From: Planctomycetota bacterium
GTDB taxonomy: Bacteria; Planctomycetota; UBA8108; SXIK01
Direction of reading: 5' to 3'
Assembly: GCA_965223265.1 (NCBI GenBank)
Contig: OZ244999.1
Location: 6,432,001 to 6,496,000 of the forward strand
Length of the DNA stretch: 64,000 nucleotides
Both the position numbers and the translations under genes were made by a program. Position 1 is the stretch's first letter, and each line of letters starts with the position of its first letter. The notes under the pieces are model-generated. The model was not told the DNA's origin, did no database searches, and was given only the letters and a program-made list of their open reading frames with translations. This document shows positions 56,010-64,000 of the stretch, piece after piece.

Positions 56010-59000
56010 TCACCGCGCCGTCGCGGAAGTGTTGTGCACGCGTGAGTGCGCCACCCGACTGCACCAGCCGAACTGCTCCTGTAGTGCTGGGCTCAGCTGT
56101 CCCTTGATCGTCGCCGTGATTGCCGCCGCGCGCTCCTGGTAGCGGCGTGAGGCGTCGTCCTTGCCGCGATCGGCATAGACCACGGCAAGTGTGGAGAGGA
56201 CCTCCCACTGCAGCCGAGGGCGACATCTCGATTCGGCTCCATGGAGCGCCTGCTCGAGCGCATCGATCGCACGCACGAAGTTGCGGTGAGGATTCCGGCC
56301 GCTCGCCTCAATGCTGCCAAGCAAGTGGAGAAGGTCTCCGAGCAGCGGACGAAGCTGGCACACACGTGCGATGTCGATCCCCTGACGGGCCGACGTGATC
56401 GCCGCTGCAAACTCGCCAGCGTGAAACTGAAGCCAGCCACGCTCGAGAAGTAATCCGCAGCGTTCAACCGGCTGCCCCAAGAGGCTGCAACAGCGCTCGG
56501 CCAACCCGAGCTCCTGCTGTGCAGAGTCGCATTCACCACCGCTCTCCGCCATCCGCACTATGACGCGCCGCGCCGCGAGCTCAAGCTCACGGTTGCTGGC
56601 GCCGGCGTTGAGGGCCAGCGCGGAACGCGCGACAGACAGCGCCGCAGCCGCTGCCCCGATACCGCCAAAGTACTCCGCGAGGGCGAGGAGAGCGAGGGCC
56701 AGCGCCGAAGCTTCACCGCTCTCCAGGGCGATACGAAACCCTCGGAGTGCGTAGGTGTGAGCCGAAGCGAAGTCGGCGTGTTCGACGAGCACGCCGGTTG
56801 CCTCGCGATAGGCCTGCAGGACGATCATCCTCTCGGGAACGCGGCCGATACCGGACAGCCCTTGCTCAATTCTATTGAGCGAACTGTCATAGTCGCCGGT
56901 CAAGGCATCAATGCGTCCCATACGCATCAAGCTCCGTGCTCGCAGGCGGCCCCCCTCAACAGAGCCGACATCACGCGTAGCAGATCTGCACACTTGCCAG
57001 TAGACATCACGCGCTTCGCTGAGCTCGCCAGAATCGTCCAACAGCTTGGCGTAGGCAAAACGCTCGCTCAGCTTAATGCGGCCACGAGAAATCTTCTTTC
57101 GCAGCGAGGTGATCTCCCGTTGCCGAACGGCGGCGTCGTGAGGTTGTTCTGACGCCTCAACCCTGACGCTCCGCCGGCACCAATGCTCAACAAGCTCACG
57201 AGCGGTGGCTCCGACGGCACTGAACTGACCGGCCTGCAACTCGCACACGACCACTAAGCTGCGCACCTCGTCGAGCGCCTCGTCGTCTCCCAGGTCGCGC
57301 AAGGTGTCCGCCGAGTGACGAAAATAGGAGAGGGCCTGAAGCAGCTGCCCACGCTCACGCCAGAAACAGCCAAAGGCGTGATGCGCCTGCGCCAATACGT
57401 GGCGCGAGCCACTTTCGATCGCCGCATTCTGCATCTCGCGCAAGAAGCTCTCGGCGTTGTCCCAGTCGCCGCTCGCTTTGTGAAACTGAGCGGACTGGAG
57501 CAAGGCTTTCACATAACCCAAAAAATTCGCATGGCGGCGGCGCTGCTCCAGAAAAGTTTTCTCGCCGCCCGACGCCCCGTCCTCTACTAACCACTCGACC
57601 TCTACCGCCTGACCGAGTGTGTAGGCGGCACCGAACGCATCGTGTTCTGCAAGTTCCTCGTTCGACAGGAGCGGGCGTAGCTCGTCAAAGATCGTGCGAC
57701 ACTTGATATCATCTCCCGCCTCGTGGAACGCTTTCGCTTTTGCGGTCAAGATCCTCAGCCTCTCGGCCTCGTGTTCTATCTCGACACTTTCGAGACACTG
57801 GAGTCCCGCGTCGTACTCGCGCTGGCAGACTTCCCCGTCGCTGAGCGACGCGCGCAGATCACCGATCCAGAGGTGCAGTCGTGCCTTCTCCAGTCCGCGC
57901 GGCACCAACCTGCGAAGCTCCTCGTACTGATCAATAGCTTCTCGATGTCGCCCGCTGGCGTGCAAGGCACGGGCGTATCGAAGTCGCCAGACGTCACCAG
58001 CGGCGCTATCGTGGCTCGTCGAGGTGACCATGGAATCCAGCAGTTCAATGGTCTCGTCAAGACACCCCAGTGTCTGGAGGTACGAAATCGCGAGAGAAGC
58101 AGTACCCTCGACATCAACCGGCAAGCGTGTTCGCAGGAGATGGCGTAGGGCATATGGCCACAGGCGTGGATCGTCTGCGGCTTCGAGGGCGAGAGCCGCG
58201 GCCGCTCCGGCGTCAATCAACTCCCGGTCGTTGGAGGGAATCGACTCGGCGATCGTCGAGGCAATATCCGACGCCACGATGCCGAACTCGGTGTAGGTGA
58301 CGGTCCCCGCAGCTCTCTGCTCGATCGCCCAACCGAGCTCACACAACCTCTCGAGGACTGATTTCGAGTCAAAGCTCTCGAGCTGCAGCTCGAGAGCGAG
58401 TTCGGCCGCTTCTTCGTCGCCAAATCCCGTGGCCTCGAAGAGAAGATTCGCGGATACAGGACGTGCCAAGACGGCGAGCACCTCGATCAATTTGCGGACC
58501 GTGGGAGGCGTGCGCTCGAGGCGCTCACGGACAAGGTCGCCCAGCTCGACGGCCGCATCGCCGCGGTCACCCGAATCCTCACGCTCCGACCAACCGCGCA
58601 GGAACCACTGGATGGTTCGGACATGCCCTCCACATGACCGCATCACACTTTCACGCGTCCCTACCGGTAGATCCTGCTCCAAAACATGCCGCGCGAGACC
58701 ATCGAGGTCACTACGCGAGTAGCCGCGCGCCACGACTTCAAAGGAAGTCAGAGAGTCGAAGTTCCTCCAGAATGCGTCGTCGAACCCCTCGACACTACAG
58801 CCGTCGGGCATGCCGATCACCAGTAACATTCGAGGCATGCGGCGACGCTGACGGCGAAGAGCCAACATGCGGAGGAGGTGGTCAAACACCCGCCGTGAGA
58901 ACACGTCCATGTTCTCGAAATCTTGAACGATCACAACCATGGCCGTCGAAGCAGATGCCTCGAATAGCGCCCTGGCAACCGCGTCGACAAGCCGCAAGTT

Positions 59001-59480
59001 GTCGAGCTCAAAGCCGAGAGAAGGGAGGGGGACCGATTCAGAACTTAGGTCGACGGTAACTCGGCTCAACTCACTGGCCACGGACGTGGACAATCCGGCG
59101 TCCGGACCATCGCCGTCGTCTGACTGCTCCGATGCTTGACCTTTTCTGATCGTTTCGAGATCAACGAGCTGCCGCATGAGGTCGCCGACAACACCCGGTG
59201 ACGGCGAGTCACAGACACTTCGCGCACAAAGAGCCTGAAGTCCAATGTGATGACAGAAGTCTCGAAACGCCTCGAACGTCTCGGCCTGTCCGCAGCCGTC
59301 ATCGCCTCGTAGAATCCCGACACAGCGTGATGGGCCGGGGCCGCCTGTAAGCTGCGACAGCCATGCGTGCATGCCCTCCAGCAGCAGTCGAAACTCTCGC
59401 CGCGGTACACGTGGGTCCGTCGTGCGGTGGGATGCGGTGTCGACTGACTGCTGTCGACTGGATGGTGATGCGCCTTGCAT
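56010..59480 (-). CDS. Large STAND/AAA_16-like ATPase-TPR protein with degenerate Walker motifs
   Basis: ILRGDDGCGQAE, VVIVQDFENMD, RSCGGH (GxP-like), LAVLARP winged-helix region, long TPR-like C-terminus. Likely ATG 59480 after AGGAAGG (track start 59618). Confidence 0.7.
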   Translation of the reverse strand: MQGASPSSRQQSVDTASHRTTDPRVPRREFRLLLEGMHAWLSQLTGGPGPSRCVGILRGDDGCGQAETFEAFRDFCHHIGLQALCARSVCDSPSPGVVGDLMRQLVDLETIRKGQASEQSDDGDGPDAGLSTSVASELSRVTVDLSSESVPLPSLGFELDNLRLVDAVARALFEASASTAMVVIVQDFENMDVFSRRVFDHLLRMLALRRQRRRMPRMLLVIGMPDGCSVEGFDDAFWRNFDSLTSFEVVARGYSRSDLDGLARHVLEQDLPVGTRESVMRSCGGHVRTIQWFLRGWSEREDSGDRGDAAVELGDLVRERLERTPPTVRKLIEVLAVLARPVSANLLFEATGFGDEEAAELALELQLESFDSKSVLERLCELGWAIEQRAAGTVTYTEFGIVASDIASTIAESIPSNDRELIDAGAAAALALEAADDPRLWPYALRHLLRTRLPVDVEGTASLAISYLQTLGCLDETIELLDSMVTSTSHDSAAGDVWRLRYARALHASGRHREAIDQYEELRRLVPRGLEKARLHLWIGDLRASLSDGEVCQREYDAGLQCLESVEIEHEAERLRILTAKAKAFHEAGDDIKCRTIFDELRPLLSNEELAEHDAFGAAYTLGQAVEVEWLVEDGASGGEKTFLEQRRRHANFLGYVKALLQSAQFHKASGDWDNAESFLREMQNAAIESGSRHVLAQAHHAFGCFWRERGQLLQALSYFRHSADTLRDLGDDEALDEVRSLVVVCELQAGQFSAVGATARELVEHWCRRSVRVEASEQPHDAAVRQREITSLRKKISRGRIKLSERFAYAKLLDDSGELSEARDVYWQVCRSATRDVGSVEGGRLRARSLMRMGRIDALTGDYDSSLNRIEQGLSGIGRVPERMIVLQAYREATGVLVEHADFASAHTYALRGFRIALESGEASALALALLALAEYFGGIGAAAAALSVARSALALNAGASNRELELAARRVIVRMAESGGECDSAQQELGLAERCCSLLGQPVERCGLLLERGWLQFHAGEFAAAITSARQGIDIARVCQLRPLLGDLLHLLGSIEASGRNPHRNFVRAIDALEQALHGAESRCRPRLQWEVLSTLAVVYADRGKDDASRRYQERAAAITATIKGQLSPALQEQFGWCSRVAHSRVHNTSATAR

Positions 59481-59859
59481 GGTTCCTTCCTGAGCCAGCC
59501 CCTCTGCTAACACTTCGTCCAGACACGAAGTGAGCTCGCAAGAGTTTCCTAGGCTTCCCGTCGGGCGCGGCGATCCGACCAAGAAAGATACAACGCGGCG
59601 AAAACAGCTGCCATCCACCCCAGAGTCAGCGCACGAGCGCTATCGGCCATCAAAGCAATACTATCGGCCGTACGAACGTCCTGTAACGCGTAGTTGTGTC
59701 GTCGCGTTTGCAAAGTTCTGCTGGCGGTATAGATTTCTTCGTCCGTGTTGCCGTCCATGCGTTGGGTAATAACTCGACGACAATCGGTCGATACACGGAG
59801 AAGGCTCTTCGCACTTCGCTGGAGAAGCCCCGCCCCCCCGCTAAGAGGACCCGCATAGG

Positions 59860-62325
59860 ATGGCTGTAAAGTTCACCGAGAAAGCCGAGAAAATCCTCCT
59901 CGCTGCCGGCAACGAAGCGAAGGAACGCAGACACGAGTACATAGGAACCGAGCACATCCTTCATGCGTTACTCGGCCACACTGACAGCATCGCGATGCAA
60001 GCCATAGGGCGCTGTGAAGTGAGCTCCGTCGAGCTTCGCACATCGGTGCTGCATCGGCTCGAACGCATCCAGAGCCAGGAAGACGATTCGAACGCGAACA
60101 TAGCGTTTACGCCACACGCGAAGCGCTGCCTGGAGCTCGCAGGCGACGAAGCCGTTCGCTGGGGTCACTTCTACATTACGACTGAGCATCTCCTCATGGG
60201 CTTGCTCCGTGAAGAGGAAGGAAGTGCCGCTCGACTGCTTTCGGACCTCGGCATTTCCGTGACCCAAATCGAAGAGCAGGTCCTCGCCATTCTGGGCGAG
60301 CCGAAGGACAGTCCCAAAGAGGACAAGTATCAGTTCCTGCAGTCGCAGAATCCGAAGTTGGCCGTGCTCGAGTCTTTCAGCATCGATCTCACCGAGCAGG
60401 CCACACTCAACAAGTTGGACCCCGTCATCGGTCGGGACAAGGAAATTCAGCGCATCATTCAGATTCTCAGCCGGAAGACAAAGAACAACCCAGTCGCGAT
60501 CGGCGAGCCCGGCGTCGGCAAGACGGCGATCATCGAGGGCCTCGCGCAGCGTATCGCCGACAAGGAAGTACCAGAAGTCTTGGTGCAAAAAAGAGTCGTT
60601 AGCCTCGACCTAGCAGCCGTCCTCGCTGGTACGAAGTATCGCGGCGAGTTCGAGAAGCGGCTGAAAACCATCATCAAAGAGGTCGTCGAAGCGAAAAACA
60701 TCGTCCTCTTCATCGATGAGCTACATACGATCATGGGAGCAGGTGCCTCTGAAAGTTCTCTGGATGCTTCGAACATCTTGAAGCCGCCGCTTTCTCGAGG
60801 TGACATCCAGTGCATCGGCGCAACCACTCTGGACGAGTATCGAAAGCACATCGAAAAAGACGGCGCGATGGAGCGACGCTTTCAAACGGTGCTTGTGGAA
60901 CCGCCAACGAAAGAGGAGACCGTTGAAATCCTGTCGGGCCTCCGGGACAGTTTCGAAGCGCACCACAGAGTTCGCATCAGTGACGATGCTGTCGTCGCGT
61001 CCGTCGAGCTATCCACCCGCTACATCTCAGACCGTTTCCTTCCGGACAAGGCGATCGACGTGCTCGACGAAGCATGCTCCCGCGAACGACTCGAACGCAC
61101 GACGAAACCGCCAGACATCGCGAGCTTAGAAGACAGACTCGTGCTTCTCGAGAGGGAGAAGGACCAGGCTGTCCACAGCCAAGACTTCGAACTGGCTGCA
61201 CAAATCAGAGACAAGGTTGAGAAACTCAAAGAGGAGCGGGACCAGATCCTCAATCAATGGAAGAACTCTTCCAAAGAAATCGATGGAAAGATTGATCGCT
61301 ACTCCGTCGCAGAAACGGTTGCTGTGATGACAGGGATACCTGCAGCAAACCTCCGCGAGGAAGAGAGCACCCGTCTGGCCAAGATGGAACAGAATCTTCG
61401 TTCTGTGGTCGTCAGCCAAGATAACGCCATTAAAACCGCCTGCCGTGCCATCCGCCGCTCGCGCGCAGGACTTCGAGATCCCAACCGGCCGTTGGGGTCG
61501 TTCCTATTCGTCGGCCCAACAGGCGTAGGCAAAACGTTGTTGGCCAAAGCGATGGCGAAATTCTTATTCGGCAGTGAAGAGGCACTCATCAGCCTCGACA
61601 TGTCCGAGTACATGGAAAAACATAGCGTTTCACGCCTCGTCGGATCGCCGCCTGGCTACGTTGGCTACGAAGAGGGCGGGCAGCTCACAGAGAAAATCCG
61701 GCGCAAACCGTACTCTGTGGTGCTGCTCGACGAGATTGAAAAGGCGCATCCCGACCTCTCCAACATGCTACTGCAGGTTCTGGAGGAAGGACGCCTGACC
61801 GACAGCTACGGACGTGTGATCGACTTCAAGAATACCTTGCTAATCATGACGTCGAACCTTGGTGTCGAGAAAGCTTTGTCGCAATCGACGTTAGGTTTCC
61901 GACACGACGGAGACTCCGAAAACGACGTTCAAAGGCGTCTCATCACAACAGAACTCGAAGAGCATTTCCGACCTGAATTCCTCAACCGACTCGACGCTGT
62001 GGTTTCCTTCGACTATCTCGATCACTCTGCTATGGAAAAGATCTTCGAGCTCGAGGTTGACAAGGTTCGTGTGCGCCTGAAGGAACATGGTCTCAACCTC
62101 GTCGTCAGTGAGGAAGTCCGAGACCGCTTCATCGAGCTTGGGCACAGCGACCGGACCGGCGCGCGAGGCATCCGCAGGGTTCTCGAAGAGCATCTCGAAG
62201 ATCTCCTCTCTGAGCTGATCATTATGAATCAGATTCAAGATGGACAAACGGCGATTGCCGAGATCGTGAACAACCAGATTGAGATGCGCGTCGTTACCGA
62301 GGAGACTCCCCAGCTGTCAGATTGA
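59860..62325 (+). CDS. clpC: ATP-dependent Clp protease ATP-binding subunit ClpC
   Basis: Two Clp-N repeats (GTEHIL, TTEHLL), [11 protein letters not shown]-like M domain, [18 protein letters not shown] ClpP-docking loop. Confidence 0.94.
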   Translation: MAVKFTEKAEKILLAAGNEAKERRHEYIGTEHILHALLGHTDSIAMQAIGRCEVSSVELRTSVLHRLERIQSQEDDSNANIAFTPHAKRCLELAGDEAVRWGHFYITTEHLLMGLLREEEGSAARLLSDLGISVTQIEEQVLAILGEPKDSPKEDKYQFLQSQNPKLAVLESFSIDLTEQATLNKLDPVIGRDKEIQRIIQILSRKTKNNPVAIGEPGVGKTAIIEGLAQRIADKEVPEVLVQKRVVSLDLAAVLAGTKYRGEFEKRLKTIIKEVVEAKNIVLFIDELHTIMGAGASESSLDASNILKPPLSRGDIQCIGATTLDEYRKHIEKDGAMERRFQTVLVEPPTKEETVEILSGLRDSFEAHHRVRISDDAVVASVELSTRYISDRFLPDKAIDVLDEACSRERLERTTKPPDIASLEDRLVLLEREKDQAVHSQDFELAAQIRDKVEKLKEERDQILNQWKNSSKEIDGKIDRYSVAETVAVMTGIPAANLREEESTRLAKMEQNLRSVVVSQDNAIKTACRAIRRSRAGLRDPNRPLGSFLFVGPTGVGKTLLAKAMAKFLFGSEEALISLDMSEYMEKHSVSRLVGSPPGYVGYEEGGQLTEKIRRKPYSVVLLDEIEKAHPDLSNMLLQVLEEGRLTDSYGRVIDFKNTLLIMTSNLGVEKALSQSTLGFRHDGDSENDVQRRLITTELEEHFRPEFLNRLDAVVSFDYLDHSAMEKIFELEVDKVRVRLKEHGLNLVVSEEVRDRFIELGHSDRTGARGIRRVLEEHLEDLLSELIIMNQIQDGQTAIAEIVNNQIEMRVVTEETPQLSD

Positions 62326-62435
62326 CCGGGCAGCTCGCTCTCCGCGACGCCGCCTCGCACTGACGAATCGCTAGCCATTCGATTTCTGCGCCCCAGCGTT
62401 GCTTGCGTTGTCCAGGGCGCTATCATCGAGGCACC

Positions 62436-62744
62436 ATGGATTACTGTCCTCATTGCGGCGAAGAGATCTCACCGGACGCGGAGTGCTGCCCGCATTGTGG
62501 CAGCGATGCGGAAACCGGCTGGAACCCGGAGAGCGAATACTACAGCGTCGATCTGCCGGAGGAGGAGGACTACACGCCGCGGAACGCGCAGCGCAGCAGT
62601 GGGATCATCCCAGTAGTCGTCGCGGCAGTGCTCGCCTTGGTAGCACTAGCGAGACTGCCGAAAGGCGAAGGAATCGCAGTCGCGATCGTCCTCTGCATCT
62701 GCCTCGTGGTCTTTCTCCGCACCGTCAATAAGAGCGCGACTTAG
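62436..62744 (+). CDS. Small zinc-ribbon membrane protein
   Basis: CPHCG..CCPHCGSD plus two hydrophobic helices. Confidence 0.75.
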   Translation: MDYCPHCGEEISPDAECCPHCGSDAETGWNPESEYYSVDLPEEEDYTPRNAQRSSGIIPVVVAAVLALVALARLPKGEGIAVAIVLCICLVVFLRTVNKSAT

Positions 62745-62746
62745 CT

Positions 62747-62806
62747 AGCTCGCTGGAAAGGTCATTCGGCCGAGAAACCGCGCTCTTCACGCCCAGCTCA
62801 CCCGCG
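62747..62806. mobile_element. Degenerate partial MITE family A copy
   Basis: GTCATTCGGCCGAGAAACCG..CTCTTCACGCCCAGCTC matches 12772-12810; follows the TAG stop. Confidence 0.7.
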
Positions 62807-62908
62807 GCGAGCCTCGATCATCCCGAAGATGACCGACGTTCGCAGCGGAAGCAAGTTCCGACGGCGTTAGACCGACTCGTTTCGAGGAGTCTGCTTGCGA
62901 CTTCTCGT

Positions 62909-63706
62909 TCACCGTCGAGCGACGAGAAGACCGTAGCCGACTCGGCGGCGCGGCACGCGGCGCTTGACGCGGTAGCCCGCGTCAGTCAGATAGCGGGCCA
63001 ACGCAACCGAAGTAAACCGCGGGTCATCCGCGGTCGCCTCGTGAAACTCGAGCGCAATGCGTGCGATGCGACCGAAGAGCTCAGGCGACGTGTGATACAG
63101 AATATCGTACTCCCCACCTTCGCAATCGATCTTGAGCAAGTCGCAGCGATCGATGTTGTGCACGCGAAAGAGCTCCTCAAGCGAAATCGCGGGCACTCTT
63201 CTCGCCTCGGCAACAGTGTCCGACAGGCTGGGAAGCGAGGAGTGACCGGCGTCGTTTGCGGAGACGTATAGATCAATCTCCTGGCGCGTCGCCGACACTG
63301 CCGCCTCGACAAGCGTGACGTTCGTACAGCCGGCCGCCTCCATATTGCGTCGAAACAGTTCCCCATTCTCGGCGATCGGTTCACAGGCGACGACCTTGGT
63401 CGCCAGAGGTGAAACGCAAGCCGAGAACACGCCGATGTGCCCTCCGATGTCGACTACGCAGTCAAGCTTCGAGCCGATGTGAGATAGCCGCCGCAGGCTA
63501 CCCACTTCGTAGCTATCTCGCAGGAAGACGTCTTTGAAGACGTGAATATCCGAGGTCCCCGAGCGCACGTACATCACTCCACCTCGACGCAACCTCAGAG
63601 GCACGAGCGTTCCGGGGGGTGACATGCGGCGGGCGCGGGCAGCCTCCAGTGGATTCGATACGTAGCGACGATAACGCCACGCTTTCTCCAGATCCCTTAG
63701 GCGCAT
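62909..63706 (-). CDS. FkbM family methyltransferase
   Basis: VVDIGGHIG, ACEP, DLLKIDCEGGEYDIL, LEFH. Confidence 0.92.
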   Translation of the reverse strand: MRLRDLEKAWRYRRYVSNPLEAARARRMSPPGTLVPLRLRRGGVMYVRSGTSDIHVFKDVFLRDSYEVGSLRRLSHIGSKLDCVVDIGGHIGVFSACVSPLATKVVACEPIAENGELFRRNMEAAGCTNVTLVEAAVSATRQEIDLYVSANDAGHSSLPSLSDTVAEARRVPAISLEELFRVHNIDRCDLLKIDCEGGEYDILYHTSPELFGRIARIALEFHEATADDPRFTSVALARYLTDAGYRVKRRVPRRRVGYGLLVARR

Positions 63707-64000
63707 CGCAGTCGCTTCTCCTCAACTCGTCTCTTCTCTATCTTCGTCCTGGCCTCCAGGATGCCACGAACCGAGCGTCGCCGCCACATCGGCGTGACGC
63801 CGCTGGTCGAAAAAAGTGACTCCCGACGCTGAGAGGTCACGCTCGAAACTGACGAAGCACTGATTCATAGAAGTCAGGCGAGTCGCCGGGAATCGACCGA
63901 CCGACCCGAGCAGTCCACGCGCGGTCGCTTCTTGTTGCCCCCGAGACCCCCAAAGAATTGGGAAGGTCCGCCTCAGAAAAAGGAAGCGTCGTCGGTGCCC

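Overview
GC-rich bacterial chromosome segment, most likely Planctomycetota. This is inferred from the DUF1501 plus DUF1549/DUF1553 pair, the lamin-tail/CotH protein and the FHA-GAF-sigma54 regulator. Recognisable genes include valS, purM, dapF, thiE, clpC, asnB, a gmhA-like SIS gene, a fused alpha/beta 2-oxoacid dehydrogenase E1, a DksA with a histone-like tail, an RpoD-like sigma factor and tRNA-Thr(CGT). The least explained signals are as follows. (1) A stand-alone non-coding unit of about 175 nt at 55751-55925 has a near-consensus sigma70 promoter, extensive pairing and an intrinsic terminator. (2) In a CysO-MoeB-CysM sulfur-relay operon, the carrier's diglycine is masked by a CSDCAAG (CxxC) tail, and the operon has a long structured leader. 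(3) Two MITE families occur, including a composite A+B element, with copies abutting stop codons or gene starts. (4) A 25-bp TAA-N19-TTA dyad and ECF-type promoters recur in intergenic DNA. (5) An orphan Zn-ribbon DNA methylase with a frameshifted HTH lies beside the tRNA 3' end. (6) Several signalling proteins have degenerate catalytic motifs. All calls come from reading the sequence by eye; no searches were run.
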